Shown: positions 40,521-50,465, counted from the stretch's first letter. The stretch: 64,000 nt of DNA from an uncultured delta proteobacterium (GCA_963808235.1 CAWEEQ010000004.1:2048001-2112000), one strand, 5' to 3'. Numbers and translations: made by a program. Notes: a model not told the origin generated them from the letters alone.

Positions 40521-42065
40521 TCAGAGTGCGCCGAGGATCCCGCCGGGAACTCCGTCCCAGGCGCGACGCTCCTCTTCAAACGGCGCGTCGGAGACGTTGC
40601 TGATTTCGCCGAATAGCATCGTTGCGCGGCGCGCCTCAGTATAACCGGGCCATGCGCCGAGGCTCGCGCAACCGGGATCGCCGTCGCGCGCAAAGGCAAG
40701 CCACGCGTCCTGCATCTCGCCGGCGAGCTTCTCAGCCGCCGGACCCTCGCCCGCAAAGCGGCGCATCCCCGCCAGATGATTGGTGCCAAAGACGAAGCCG
40801 AGCTCAAGCGCGTGGCACGACCCCAACGCCCCACGCATCGCAGGCGAGCGCCAGGTGAAAAGATAGTTGTAAACGCGGCGTTCGCTCCGTCCGTGGATTT
40901 CGGCCAGCCGCACGCCCGGCATGCGAAAGACGCGATCGGTCTCGATCGCCGAATAGAGCTCCGGAGGCGTAGTCGACGCGCCGGCAGATGCCCGCGCGCG
41001 CTCATAGGTTGTAATCACAGAACCCGCGAAGTCAGCAGTCAGCCGCTTGCTCATCCGCGCAACCAGGCCAGCCTTGTCAAGATTCTGAGCCGACGGATCC
41101 ATTGCGGAGAACAATTTCCATTCCTCGAGATTTGAGCCAACCATCACCGCAACTCCGGCCGCCGAGCCCTGCGCCACCATCTCGATCAACTCGCGCGGTA
41201 TAACAGTGCCGTCCACAACTGGCTGGTAGGCCATCCCCAGCTCGCGGTCGGGCGTCTTGCCGTCTGGCCCAAACACTCCGGTGAGCAACTGAGCAACCGG
41301 CAGCGCGCGTATCGCATCAGTGTCGTGCGCGGACACGCCCATCTTAGACAGCACTCTCTCGGCGGTCCGGTTCGCTCGCGCTATGGACGATATGGTGTCG
41401 CAAGATCCGCTCTGAGGGATCGCTTTGTGGAACAGGCCACGCGCCAACGGCGTTGCCAGCAGCGCTCCCGCACTCATTCCTCCCGCCGATTCACCGAAGA
41501 TCGTAACGTTGCCCGGATCGCCGCCGAATTCAGAGATATTGTCGCGGACCCATTGCAGCGCTGCGATCTGATCGAGCAAGCCTTCGTTGCCGCTCGAGGG
41601 GATTCGTCCCTGGGTAACATCGTTCAGACGCAGAAAGCCCAGCGGTCCCAAGCGGTAATTGATCGTGACTATGATCACGTCGCCGCGCCGGGCGAGGACC
41701 GAGCCGTTATAGATTTCCTGTGAGCCGGCCCCGATCGTGAATCCACCGCCGTGAATCCAGACCATCACCGGGCGCTGTGCGCTATCGAGTCCCGGCGTCC
41801 ACAAATTGAGATTAAGGCAGTCCTCCGACTGCGCTTGCTCGATTTTCATCGCGGCAAGCGCCTGGTTCGTGACCGGATTTTGAAACGCAACCGCGCCAAA
41901 ACGCCGAGCATCGCGAACGCCCGTCCAAACCGCGGGTTTCTCTGGAGCAAGCCATCGGCGAGAGAGATGGGGAGCAGCCGCGAAAGGCACTCCTTTGAAG
42001 ACGATCAACCCGTCTTGTTCCTCACCTTCGATTCTTCCGTAGCGGGTAGATGCAATCGCGTTCAT
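40521..42065 (-). CDS. Carboxylesterase type B (p-nitrobenzyl esterase-like)
   Basis: FKGVPFA, SEDCLNLNLW, VWIHGGGF, NYRLG, FGGDPGNVTIFGESAGG, CHALEL. Confidence 0.93.
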   Translation of the reverse strand: MNAIASTRYGRIEGEEQDGLIVFKGVPFAAAPHLSRRWLAPEKPAVWTGVRDARRFGAVAFQNPVTNQALAAMKIEQAQSEDCLNLNLWTPGLDSAQRPVMVWIHGGGFTIGAGSQEIYNGSVLARRGDVIIVTINYRLGPLGFLRLNDVTQGRIPSSGNEGLLDQIAALQWVRDNISEFGGDPGNVTIFGESAGGMSAGALLATPLARGLFHKAIPQSGSCDTISSIARANRTAERVLSKMGVSAHDTDAIRALPVAQLLTGVFGPDGKTPDRELGMAYQPVVDGTVIPRELIEMVAQGSAAGVAVMVGSNLEEWKLFSAMDPSAQNLDKAGLVARMSKRLTADFAGSVITTYERARASAGASTTPPELYSAIETDRVFRMPGVRLAEIHGRSERRVYNYLFTWRSPAMRGALGSCHALELGFVFGTNHLAGMRRFAGEGPAAEKLAGEMQDAWLAFARDGDPGCASLGAWPGYTEARRATMLFGEISNVSDAPFEEERRAWDGVPGGILGAL

Positions 42066-42092
42066 CGGTTGTGTCCTCGGGCGTATCTTCTA

Positions 42093-42506
42093 CTAGCCCT
42101 GAGGTACTGAAGGGTCTACTCGAAGGTCGTTCGTAACAGCTCGTACGCCACTCGCATCTTTCGCGATCGCGACAGCGCGCGATACGACGTTAGAATCGTG
42201 TACCACGCCCTCCAGCGTCACGACGCCGGCGGTTGTGGTGACGTGAATCTGGCCGGACCTCATTTCCTTGGCAGCGGCAAGATTTGTCTTCACCGCCGCG
42301 GTGATAGTTGTGTCATCGACGGCGGTAACCGTGCCGCGATAGGCGTTCTGCGCCGCGCCTTCCGTGTCTTCGCCCGCCTGATGCATCGAAGTGCTGGCGG
42401 GAACGCCAGAGTTGGCGCTCGTCTCCTGTCCTAGAGCCGGAATTGCCAGCGCAAATCCAAGAACCATCGCCGGTACCGTAGCGAGTATCTTATTCTTGCT
42501 ACTCAT
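42093..42506 (-). CDS. BON domain-containing secreted protein (OsmY-like)
   Basis: Signal peptide; DDTTITAAVK...IHVTTTAGVVTLEG...GVRAVTNDLRV; GAGGAG RBS. Confidence 0.88.
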   Translation of the reverse strand: MSSKNKILATVPAMVLGFALAIPALGQETSANSGVPASTSMHQAGEDTEGAAQNAYRGTVTAVDDTTITAAVKTNLAAAKEMRSGQIHVTTTAGVVTLEGVVHDSNVVSRAVAIAKDASGVRAVTNDLRVDPSVPQG

Positions 42507-42572
42507 AGTCTTAGTCTCCTCGTCAAGTGTTAGTGGGTTGAGTCCAAAGTGATTACGTCGCGCGGTCTTGCG

Positions 42573-42638
42573 TCAGATCACGCCGAGCAGCATGAGCACG
42601 ATAACGACCAGAACAATTCCGCCCAGTGATAGATACAT
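42573..42638 (-). CDS. 21-aa single-TM micropeptide (MYLSLGGIVLVVIVLMLLGVI)
   Basis: Below the ORF-track cutoff; strong GAGGAG RBS 6 nt before ATG; entirely hydrophobic; co-oriented just upstream of the BON gene. Confidence 0.6.
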   Translation of the reverse strand: MYLSLGGIVLVVIVLMLLGVI

Positions 42639-43111
42639 ATCAAACTCCTCAGGCCTTGCTCGTATGTCTTATGGATGGTCTAGCTGAACGCGGTCAAAGG
42701 CGAGTGGAAGAACCGCCGTTGGGGCTGGATCACAGCAGGCTCGATACTTATGTCGATCCCGACTCCCTGAACCTTTACATAGCCGGTGCTGCAAAAGCCA
42801 TCGAAAGCTCCTGGTGTTCGTTCTGCGGAGAACTCGCATTCGCTATTCGAGTGGAAACTGTTCTGCTTGGCTGCGACCTTAGTGATCGCCGAACCACAGT
42901 TAGGCTGGATCAAATTGGGACTACGATTCTTATTGTCGACCCAATTCTTCAACACTACACGCTGGGTGATGCGGAAAGCCGTCGCGATACGCTGTGTTCG
43001 GTTATCTGAATGACGAAGACAGACGACTAGAAGAAGTATATTTGCTGACTAGCTGGTATCGTTAGTGATCCGCAACAGCATACTAAGCCGCAGACCAAGG
43101 AGACAATTACT

Positions 43112-43663
43112 ATGAAACTGAAATCAACCGTCACACTTCTCGCACTAATAAGTGCACTTAGTATTCCGCTGGCCGCCTCCGCCGCATCACGGAGCGCGAT
43201 GACCCTGCTGAACGGAGCTAATCAGATGAACAATGAGCAACAGGACGCGGCGGCCATGCTCCGCAGCAAAGCAGGCGACAATCAGGCCATGATCTCGATG
43301 GCAGATACGATGACCGGCGATTCTAAGGCCAACCAGGAAGCAGTGAAGGCCCTCGCGGATTCGCGCAAGATCACGTTGAAGGCGTACAAGAAGGATACCG
43401 CCGCAAACGACGCGATGGCGAAGTTGAACGGGGCCAGATTCAATTCGGCGTTCTTTGCGAAGTCGGTACGTGATCAGAAAGGTGCGATCGAAGCATTCAA
43501 GACCGCCAGACGCAGTTTCAGTAATGATCGCGACATGCAGCTCTACATCGACCAGACATTGCCGATCCTGAAGGCCAATCTTGCAATGACCGAAAACCTC
43601 CAGCACCACTCAGCAATGGGCAGTTCCGAGAATCCGGCGAACAATCGCACCAGCATGAAGTAA
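43112..43663 (+). CDS. DUF4142-like secreted protein
   Basis: AAGGAG RBS, signal peptide (ASA-AS), helical domain with LNGARFNSAF...QTLPILKANLAM. Confidence 0.7.
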   Translation: MKLKSTVTLLALISALSIPLAASAASRSAMTLLNGANQMNNEQQDAAAMLRSKAGDNQAMISMADTMTGDSKANQEAVKALADSRKITLKAYKKDTAANDAMAKLNGARFNSAFFAKSVRDQKGAIEAFKTARRSFSNDRDMQLYIDQTLPILKANLAMTENLQHHSAMGSSENPANNRTSMK

Positions 43664-43699
43664 ATGACTTCAGAGATCGTACAGCTCGACCGTGAGGAT

Positions 43700-44050
43700 C
43701 CACACAAACTGCGCGTCACGTGCGAGATCATCGACCTGTTGTACTTTTACAAGACTGGAGTGGGCCAGCCGCGGGACATCGTTACGAAGATGCGATTCGT
43801 CCTCGAGGCCTACTGCACGTTAACATATCCTGGTTTCTTCGGTTCGGATGACACCCTATCGAGCATTGTTGAAAAAATCCGTAGTACAGGCAAGTAGCAC
43901 CCTGCTTGCGGGCTACTCGATGAGCTCAACGACATCCACGATTACTCGCGGGATTACTGCGGCGGCGATGATTCTGCCGGCGGCGCAGCGGAGGCGCTCG
44001 ATGCCGGTGAGCTCACCGGCTTTGTTTGGCGCACCTTGAAGATCGTTGAT
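43700..44050 (+). pseudogene. Remnant C-terminus of an AAA_13-type (RloC-like) ATPase
   Basis: RFVLEAYC..YPGFF..DDTLSSIVEKIRSTGK*HPACGLLDELNDIHDYSRDY...LDAGELTGFVWRTLKIV reads through an in-frame TAG (43895-43897); no N-terminal ATPase domain. Family recognised from memory. Confidence 0.5.
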
Positions 44051-44123
44051 GCGATATCCGACCAGCCGCGAGTCGAGCTGGCGGCAAGGACCAATATTCA
44101 GCACAAGTGCGATGGAGGAAAAG

Positions 44124-44414
44124 ATGAATAAGAAGATAAGCAATACAGCGGCGTTGATAGGTCTAGCGTTCTTGCTGGGCTCCGCGGCCGTAGGATGCGA
44201 AAAGGAAACTACCACCACGGTTCCCGTCCAGGGCGCCCAGGGCCCGGCAGGTGATGCCGGAGCGCCGGGTGCTACTGGAGCGCAAGGAGCTGCGGCCGCG
44301 CCAGCCGCGCCTCAGACCTCCGAGAAGACTTCGACCATCACTTCCAGTGACAGAGATCGCGGCGGCATTACGAGCAGCTCCGACAAGACCACGACCACGA
44401 AATCCAGCAACTAG
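44124..44414 (+). CDS. Small lipoprotein with a short collagen-like GXY tract and Thr/Ser-rich tail
   Basis: GGAGG RBS, ATG 44124, lipobox AVGC, GAQGPAGDAGAPGATGAQG. Confidence 0.75.
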   Translation: MNKKISNTAALIGLAFLLGSAAVGCEKETTTTVPVQGAQGPAGDAGAPGATGAQGAAAAPAAPQTSEKTSTITSSDRDRGGITSSSDKTTTTKSSN

Positions 44415-44434
44415 TCTCGTCGCAAATAAACAGA

Positions 44435-44473
44435 TCGAGGGCGGCCCATAGCGGGCTGCCCTCGAGTCGTTTT
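44435..44473 (+). terminator. Probable intrinsic terminator
   Basis: TCGAGGGCGGCCC-ATAGC-GGGCTGCCCTCGA stem followed by GTCGTTTT, just after the lipoprotein stop. Confidence 0.6.
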
Positions 44474-44619
44474 CAGCGCACTCTCCGAAAGGAGACTCCG
44501 ATGCTCACGGACTTGCACGAACTCAACGCAGCGAGGTCGCCGCTCCGATGGCGGCCGGGTTCATTTGTCGCAGACGCTCTCTGATTGGCAATTCTGGCAG
44601 TGCGCTGATCGAGCTTTTC

Positions 44620-44839
44620 AAATTCCCTGATAGCGTTTTCGAATTCCCCGTTCGGTGTCTAAATATCCCTGCTCCGTTGAATAGGAATTTCCGAAAAAGC
44701 TCAGAGGTACCCGAGCCTTCTAGAGATCCGGACCGATCGAGGCTGAAATCGGAAGAAATTCCCTGTATTTTCCCTGATGATCAGGGAATTTGACTCTGAG
44801 AGCAGTTCGCATCAGACTGCGCCATCCGCCAACGAGTCT
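44620..44839. mobile_element. Recombination-site-like element end: TTCCCTG motif array, inverted repeat and degenerate tRNA-3'-like core
   Basis: (T/A)TCCC(T/C)G at 44623, 44644 and 44665; AAATTCCCTG (44756) / CAGGGAATTT (44782) inverted repeat; ATCAGACTGCGCCATCCGCCAACGAGTCT core related to 50014-50041. Confidence 0.55.
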
Positions 44840-45157
44840 TTATAGCTAAGCACCGTTCTGGATAAGCGCCAGACGTGCCCCACAACGGGCGCTTCGTCGC
44901 TTCAGGCGGAACCAGAGAAGCGGCGCGATGCCCGATTAAGGTCTCTTGGCGCGAGATTCTCTCTGCCGGCAACCTTTTCGGTTCCTCGGAGCATTGGGCC
45001 ATCGGGGAGCAAATCGTTGGGTTTAACAAGTCCCGCGAGAGCTACCGACTCGTTTTTGTGCGGCATGATTGCGAGCAAACCGCGCGATGGGCCTGGCTAT
45101 TGTATCTCTGACCCGCGTCGCAGACTCAAAGCCAAGTTCGTTCTCATGTCCGGTAAT

Positions 45158-45499
45158 TCATTGGGCGGCATAGCAAACGAACGCATCGGTTTGCTCGACT
45201 GCAGGGTCACGCGCCGGATAGCACGCAAACTTGGCTTCCAGACTCCTGGTTGCAGAGCCCGTCGTTTCCTTGCCGCTGAACATCCCTGTGTAAGGAGGAG
45301 CATTGCGGTCGACACTGATGGGCGCACTGGGTTGGCCTGATTGCCCTGATTGCGCTGAGTTGTGCGAGAGTCCTAGTTGCCCTAGCAACTGCGACAATCC
45401 GTCGATTGATTGTGCCTGTGCCGAACCCGGCAATATCGAACCAAACAGGAATACAAGAGCCGTTGCACTGACAAATACTGCAGATCGAATACTTCTCAT
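45158..45499 (-). CDS. Secreted hypothetical protein
   Basis: Signal peptide MRSIRSAVFVSATALVFLFGSILPGSAQA; two C-terminal Cys (FACYPA...FVCYAAQ). Confidence 0.6.
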   Translation of the reverse strand: MRSIRSAVFVSATALVFLFGSILPGSAQAQSIDGLSQLLGQLGLSHNSAQSGQSGQPSAPISVDRNAPPYTGMFSGKETTGSATRSLEAKFACYPARDPAVEQTDAFVCYAAQ

Positions 45500-45856
45500 A
45501 TGGCTCGAAACAGCGAACTCGCGTCGCTCAACCAAGAAAGACGAAATGCTTCCGCGCTGGTTACAAAAAGGATAGTGCTGGCTAAGATTTCTTCAACCTA
45601 AGCGAAGAAATCCGCGGAAAGAAAATCGGGCGTGGCGAATTTGCGGCGAATCTAGCCGAACTGGCAAAATCGTGCGCGATGACTCGACCTCCGTCGCGCT
45701 GAACCATTCGATCACTCTAGTCCGGCATCCCAGTTCGTCAAAATTCATGGAACCTTGCAGAAGTGTGTTCGATCTGGTTCGAATTTTTCTGAAACTATAT
45801 AGCCAGGCCATTCGAGAGTATGTTCGGCCCATACAACAGGTGAATGGAGTCAGCCA

Positions 45857-47314
45857 ATGAAGGCTATCGGGCAATCGAAATCGCAGCAGATACGCGCTCG
45901 CTTGAACCATCCGATCATCGATTCCGACGGACATACGTTCGAACTGGCGCCGCTGTTCATGGACTACCTTGGGGCGGTGGCTGGCACGAAGGTGGCTGCG
46001 CGGTTTCAGACCGCGTACTTCGACACTTTCGCCGACCCGCGATGGAGCAGCTTCAGCGTCGAGGAACGGCGCGAGCGGCGCAATCTTCGTCCGACCTGGT
46101 GGGCGATCCCTGCGCGCAACACGACCGATCTCGCGACCGCAATATTTCCGAAGCTGATGTTTGATCGACTGCCAGAAATGGGACTCGACTTCTCCGTGGT
46201 GTATCCCACGATGGGCTTGATCACGATTGAGCTGGCGGACGAAGAATTGCGCCGAGCATCGGCCCGCGCGCTCAATCAAATGAAGGCCGAGACCTTTCGC
46301 GGCCTGGGAGAGCGCCTCACGCCAGCCGCGCTCATCCCGATGCATACGCCGACCGAAGCGATCGCCGAGCTTGAATATGCCGTGCGCGAGCTCGGACTCA
46401 AATCGGTAATGATGGCGAGCTACGTGCGCCGGCCGATTCCATATGCCGCCAAGCGATGGCCCGAAGCAGCGCGCTTCACTTACTGGATGGACACCTTCGG
46501 CCTCGACAGCGAGTACGATTACGACCCGGTGTGGGCGAAGTGTGAGGAACTCGGAATCGCGCCGACGTTCCATTCGGTGGGATATGGATGGGGCAGCCGC
46601 ACGTCGGTCTCCAACTACGTGCACAATCATCTCGGCAATTTCGCCGCGAGCGCCGAGTCGGTGTGCAGGTCGCTCTTCCTGGGCGGCGTCCCAAAGCGGT
46701 TTCCGCGCCTCCGCTTTGCTTTCCTGGAAGGCGGGATGAGCTGGGCGCGATCGCTCTACTCGGACCTGATCGGTCATTGGAAGAAACGCAATGGCGAGGC
46801 GATGCAGCACTACAATCCGGAGAACATCGACCGCACTGCGCTCATTGAGTATGCGCGGCGATACGGTGCTCAGATTCTCGGTGATCGCGTTAACGACTTG
46901 CTCGACACGTTTATGAATCGGATGGGCGCTGGGTACGACCCGAAGCTAATCGATGAATTCGCACCATCAGGGGTGACCTCGCCAGAAGATATCCGGGACG
47001 TTTTTACGACCAGCTTCTACTTTGGATGCGAGGGCGACGATCCGCTGAACGCACTCGCGTGGAAAGCGATGGGCACACCGTTCGATGCGAAACTGAAAGC
47101 GCTCTACGGATCAGACATCGGCCATTGGGACGTTCCCGATATGCGCGAATGTGCCGAGGAGGCGTACGAGCTGGTCGACGACGGATTAATCGACGCCGAC
47201 CAGTTGCGAGAGTTCGTGTTCACCAACGCAGTGGATTTCTGGACCGCCACGAATCCGGATTTCTTCAAAGGCACCGCGGTGGAAGACGCCGCCAGGCAGT
47301 GCATAACGTCGTGA
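45857..47314 (+). CDS. Amidohydrolase family 2 protein
   Basis: HPIIDSDGH, VVYPT, YDPVWAKC.ELG.APTFH, FPRLRFAFLEGG, YGSDIGHWD. Confidence 0.88.
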   Translation: MKAIGQSKSQQIRARLNHPIIDSDGHTFELAPLFMDYLGAVAGTKVAARFQTAYFDTFADPRWSSFSVEERRERRNLRPTWWAIPARNTTDLATAIFPKLMFDRLPEMGLDFSVVYPTMGLITIELADEELRRASARALNQMKAETFRGLGERLTPAALIPMHTPTEAIAELEYAVRELGLKSVMMASYVRRPIPYAAKRWPEAARFTYWMDTFGLDSEYDYDPVWAKCEELGIAPTFHSVGYGWGSRTSVSNYVHNHLGNFAASAESVCRSLFLGGVPKRFPRLRFAFLEGGMSWARSLYSDLIGHWKKRNGEAMQHYNPENIDRTALIEYARRYGAQILGDRVNDLLDTFMNRMGAGYDPKLIDEFAPSGVTSPEDIRDVFTTSFYFGCEGDDPLNALAWKAMGTPFDAKLKALYGSDIGHWDVPDMRECAEEAYELVDDGLIDADQLREFVFTNAVDFWTATNPDFFKGTAVEDAARQCITS

Positions 47315-47457
47315 CTGCCGGCCCAATCGGGGAACCGCGTGCGCCCGCGACCCAGGCCCGCAAGCTTGATAAAAAACGGGCCAGCGAGCGCGCCATCGCC
47401 AGCCCGTAGGCTGACCGCCCACAGAGCGGTAGCCAAGGTCTATTTCTTTCTACTGCA

Positions 47458-47796
47458 TCAATGCAGTCCGGAAGGCGTCACTACTGCCGCATCAACATCG
47501 CTTTGTGGAACGGCTTCACCTTTTTTAAGTTTGGCCATCAAGCCATTGATCTGCTTGATTTGGCGGTCCAAATCAGCCTGCGCATGAGGGTCTTGTGAAG
47601 AGTGCTTGCGCATTGTCCGAAAGCGTTTCCTGGCGTCTGCCAGCGTCTTCATCGCCGAGTCCTTGTCTGCCATCTGGGTGCTTGCGGAGCCGCTCGCCGC
47701 TGCCTCTGGAGCGGGTTGCGCAAATGACACTCCGAACTGGATCGGACTGATCGTCCAAGCCATTACTATCAACGCTACAATCGCGGGCTTCCGCAT
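47458..47796 (-). CDS. Secreted helical hypothetical protein
   Basis: GAGGAG RBS before ATG 47796; signal peptide ending SFA-QP. Confidence 0.65.
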   Translation of the reverse strand: MRKPAIVALIVMAWTISPIQFGVSFAQPAPEAAASGSASTQMADKDSAMKTLADARKRFRTMRKHSSQDPHAQADLDRQIKQINGLMAKLKKGEAVPQSDVDAAVVTPSGLH

Positions 47797-48124
47797 GGTC
47801 TCCTCTCTTTGGGGGCAGATTTTGAGTTCGTCTGTTCCTGCCAAACGAACGTTACCAAGGCATTAACACATGATAGAGCGAGCATTAAATGCGCTGCTCA
47901 CGCGAGTCGATTTACGTCGAGTATATGCTTCCGAATCCATGGGGGACGGCGGTGTTCGCGAACCACGCAAGATGCAGCCGGCGATACCTTTCGCGGCGGC
48001 GTCACCATTGCACCGGCCTCGACATGGATGCAGGCTGGACGTGGCTTTGCTGCCAGCGATATGGTGGCCGCCATAATAAAGGCAATTGGCCAATCTAAAG
48101 TGAAATGAGCTAAATTTTCCGCAA

Positions 48125-49993
48125 ATGGTACGCCGACATCCGGGGGTCATACTTCTGAACATCGCAGTGTTGTTCAGCCTGTCCGTAGCGAGGACGGCAC
48201 GTGCTGACAATTCACTTTCGGTCGTGGTGGTCGGTTCAAGTAACCCCGTTGTCGGTGCGACCGTAAACGTCTATGCGGGGGGTCCAGCAGCAGCGACCGC
48301 AATTGGATCTGGCAAAACCGACTCGTCTGGGAGTGCCTCACTCACAGTCGCGAATCCGGGCGGCAACGCTGTGCTTTATGCTGTCGCGACAGGCGGTGAC
48401 GCCGGCCGAGGAAGCAACTCTTCGATTGCACTAATGAGCGTTTTCGGAACCGGGTCCAGTTACACTTCGCCGATCGTCATCGACGAGCTTACGACCATTG
48501 CATCCATATGGTCGATGAGGAATTTCCTTCATCCGGACGGCACCATTTTCGGCGCGTCGCCTGGTTTACAAAACGCCGCTTTGACCGTGAACAATTTGGC
48601 TGATCTTACAAGTGGCATACCTGCGCCTCTGATGTTCCAGAGTTTCAACTCCCCTGCGAAGGTGAATACTCTCGCGAACCTTCTGGCGGCGTGCGTGGGT
48701 TCGAACGGACCATCTTCGCCGACTTGCTCTGCGCTTTTCAGCGGAGCCAAGCTGCCCAATCAAGGCACTCCGGCAAATACCATTACAGCGGCCTTCAACA
48801 TCGCGAACAATCCCACGCTCAACCTGGGTCCTTTATACTCGGTCGCGAGCCAGAGCAGCGCGTACGCTCCCGCTTGGCCGGTACCCATGCTGAACTGGCT
48901 CATTTCCGTCAACCTGGCGGTGACAGATGGTGGAGGTATCCCAGCCATAGATTCATCCGGTGATCTATGGGTCGAGGTTTTCGGCGGGATCGACGGGATT
49001 GAGAAGATAAGCCCAGCAGGGAATGTACTAGCCGGGCCTTTCTCGGGCGGCGGTTTCCAAGGCGGCCCAATGGCGATCGACGCAAATGGAAACATTCGGA
49101 TCGCCAATACCTACCCCAATCCAAGTGTGAGCGAGTTCGACTCTAGCGGGCATCCTCTCTCGCCGGATGTTGGATATGCACTTCCTGGATATTATTTGGG
49201 AGGAATCGCGATCGACCAGACCGGCAATGTGTGGGTAACAAATGACGACACAAACCAGGCGCAAAATTCCGGAGGCTTATTCGAACTAAACTCACAGGGC
49301 ACGCTGCTCTCGGGCAAATCGGGCTTCAGTGGTGGAGGACTGTTTCAACCGGGCGCGGTTGCGATCGGCCCGGCTGGCGACGTTTGGGTCACGAATCAGC
49401 AACCGGGAGGCCCAGGTCCATTGAAGGGAGGCAGTGTGAGCCACTTTGCTTCAACGGGGACATCGCTGTCTCCGAAGAAGGGCTATAAACGCGGGAATAT
49501 TTCGTATCCCAGCGATATCGCTATCGACCATCTCGGAAATGTTTGGGTGGTGAACCGCGCAGATTTGATCGCCGGTAAGCGCGTCGAGAACGTAGCCGAA
49601 CTCAACGCGCACGGTACGCCGATTTCTCCAAAAAGAGGTTATCGTGGCGGAGGGATCAACATTCCAACTAACATTGCGATAGACGGGGCCGGACTGATTT
49701 GGGTACTCGACCAAGGCGATACTCCAGCGCCTTGCGGACAGGAGGCAGGCTACGAGATAACCGTGCTGAATCAGAAGGGAGTTCCGATTTCACCAGGCTT
49801 CGGCTACCTGGTATTTTCTTGTGGATTTTTCGATGACTCGTATGTTGATGGTCTCAGAGGAATCGTAATCGACACTTCCGGGAATGTGTGGTTCAACAAC
49901 GGTGGCTTCCCTGGGATTGGACTCCTGCTCGAACTGGTGGGTGCTGCCACTCCTGTTAAGACCCCGCTCACGGGGGTCCCTCAAAGGCCTTGA
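48125..49993 (+). CDS. Secreted NHL-repeat beta-propeller protein
   Basis: Signal peptide (ARA-DN); repeated IAID..GNVWV.N...S...G.GG.L..P units; C-terminal VGAATPVKTPL. Confidence 0.8.
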   Translation: MVRRHPGVILLNIAVLFSLSVARTARADNSLSVVVVGSSNPVVGATVNVYAGGPAAATAIGSGKTDSSGSASLTVANPGGNAVLYAVATGGDAGRGSNSSIALMSVFGTGSSYTSPIVIDELTTIASIWSMRNFLHPDGTIFGASPGLQNAALTVNNLADLTSGIPAPLMFQSFNSPAKVNTLANLLAACVGSNGPSSPTCSALFSGAKLPNQGTPANTITAAFNIANNPTLNLGPLYSVASQSSAYAPAWPVPMLNWLISVNLAVTDGGGIPAIDSSGDLWVEVFGGIDGIEKISPAGNVLAGPFSGGGFQGGPMAIDANGNIRIANTYPNPSVSEFDSSGHPLSPDVGYALPGYYLGGIAIDQTGNVWVTNDDTNQAQNSGGLFELNSQGTLLSGKSGFSGGGLFQPGAVAIGPAGDVWVTNQQPGGPGPLKGGSVSHFASTGTSLSPKKGYKRGNISYPSDIAIDHLGNVWVVNRADLIAGKRVENVAELNAHGTPISPKRGYRGGGINIPTNIAIDGAGLIWVLDQGDTPAPCGQEAGYEITVLNQKGVPISPGFGYLVFSCGFFDDSYVDGLRGIVIDTSGNVWFNNGGFPGIGLLLELVGAATPVKTPLTGVPQRP

Positions 49994-50057
49994 GCTCAAC
50001 TCATCGTAGGTCGATCAGACTCCCTCTCCGCCAACGAGTCTCAGCTTTGAGAACCAC

Positions 50058-50462
50058 CTACTTGGAGACGAGTTGTGTCCTAAGGACTTCGCTCACTAGA
50101 AACAGATCGGTAAGCAGCGCGCGGAGATGCATTGACGCGTTTAGATTGTCGACCAGTTGCGAGCTGATCGAAGGCTGCGCCATCACCAGGTCGATAGCTG
50201 CCAACGACTTTCGCGCGTCCCGATCGAGCACCGCAATGAACGCTTGATATTTTTCGGCCGGCTCAAGCCGCTGTGCTGCTACGGCCTTTGAGCACGCTTC
50301 GGCCATCCCCGCGATAGCTGTCGCGGCGCGCTCGAGAAATTCGCGAATCTGTGCGCCCGGTTTGCTCCCTTCGTCGCTCGAGCGCCCTTGCGCGGCGTAG
50401 GCCAGCATGAATTCGTAGCACTCTTCGACAGTGTTGCACCGCTCCCAGATTTCCGCCGCCAT
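50058..50462 (-). CDS. Conserved hypothetical helical protein, last gene of the molybdoenzyme operon
   Basis: Starts 3 nt after the cytochrome b stop with GAGG upstream; EECYEFMLAYAAQG...ISSQLVDNLNAS.HLRALLTDLFL. Confidence 0.75.
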   Translation of the reverse strand: MAAEIWERCNTVEECYEFMLAYAAQGRSSDEGSKPGAQIREFLERAATAIAGMAEACSKAVAAQRLEPAEKYQAFIAVLDRDARKSLAAIDLVMAQPSISSQLVDNLNASMHLRALLTDLFLVSEVLRTQLVSK

Positions 50463-50465
50463 CTC

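Noticed and set aside
42626-43013. Overlapping ORFs of 75-127 aa on both strands
   Set aside because: No motifs or clear RBS; more likely the divergent promoter region or decayed sequence.
44501-44584. 27-aa ORF with an AAGGAG RBS inside a TCTCC-GAAA-GGAGA hairpin
   Set aside because: No protein features, and it sits between a terminator and an element end; probably a truncated gene start.
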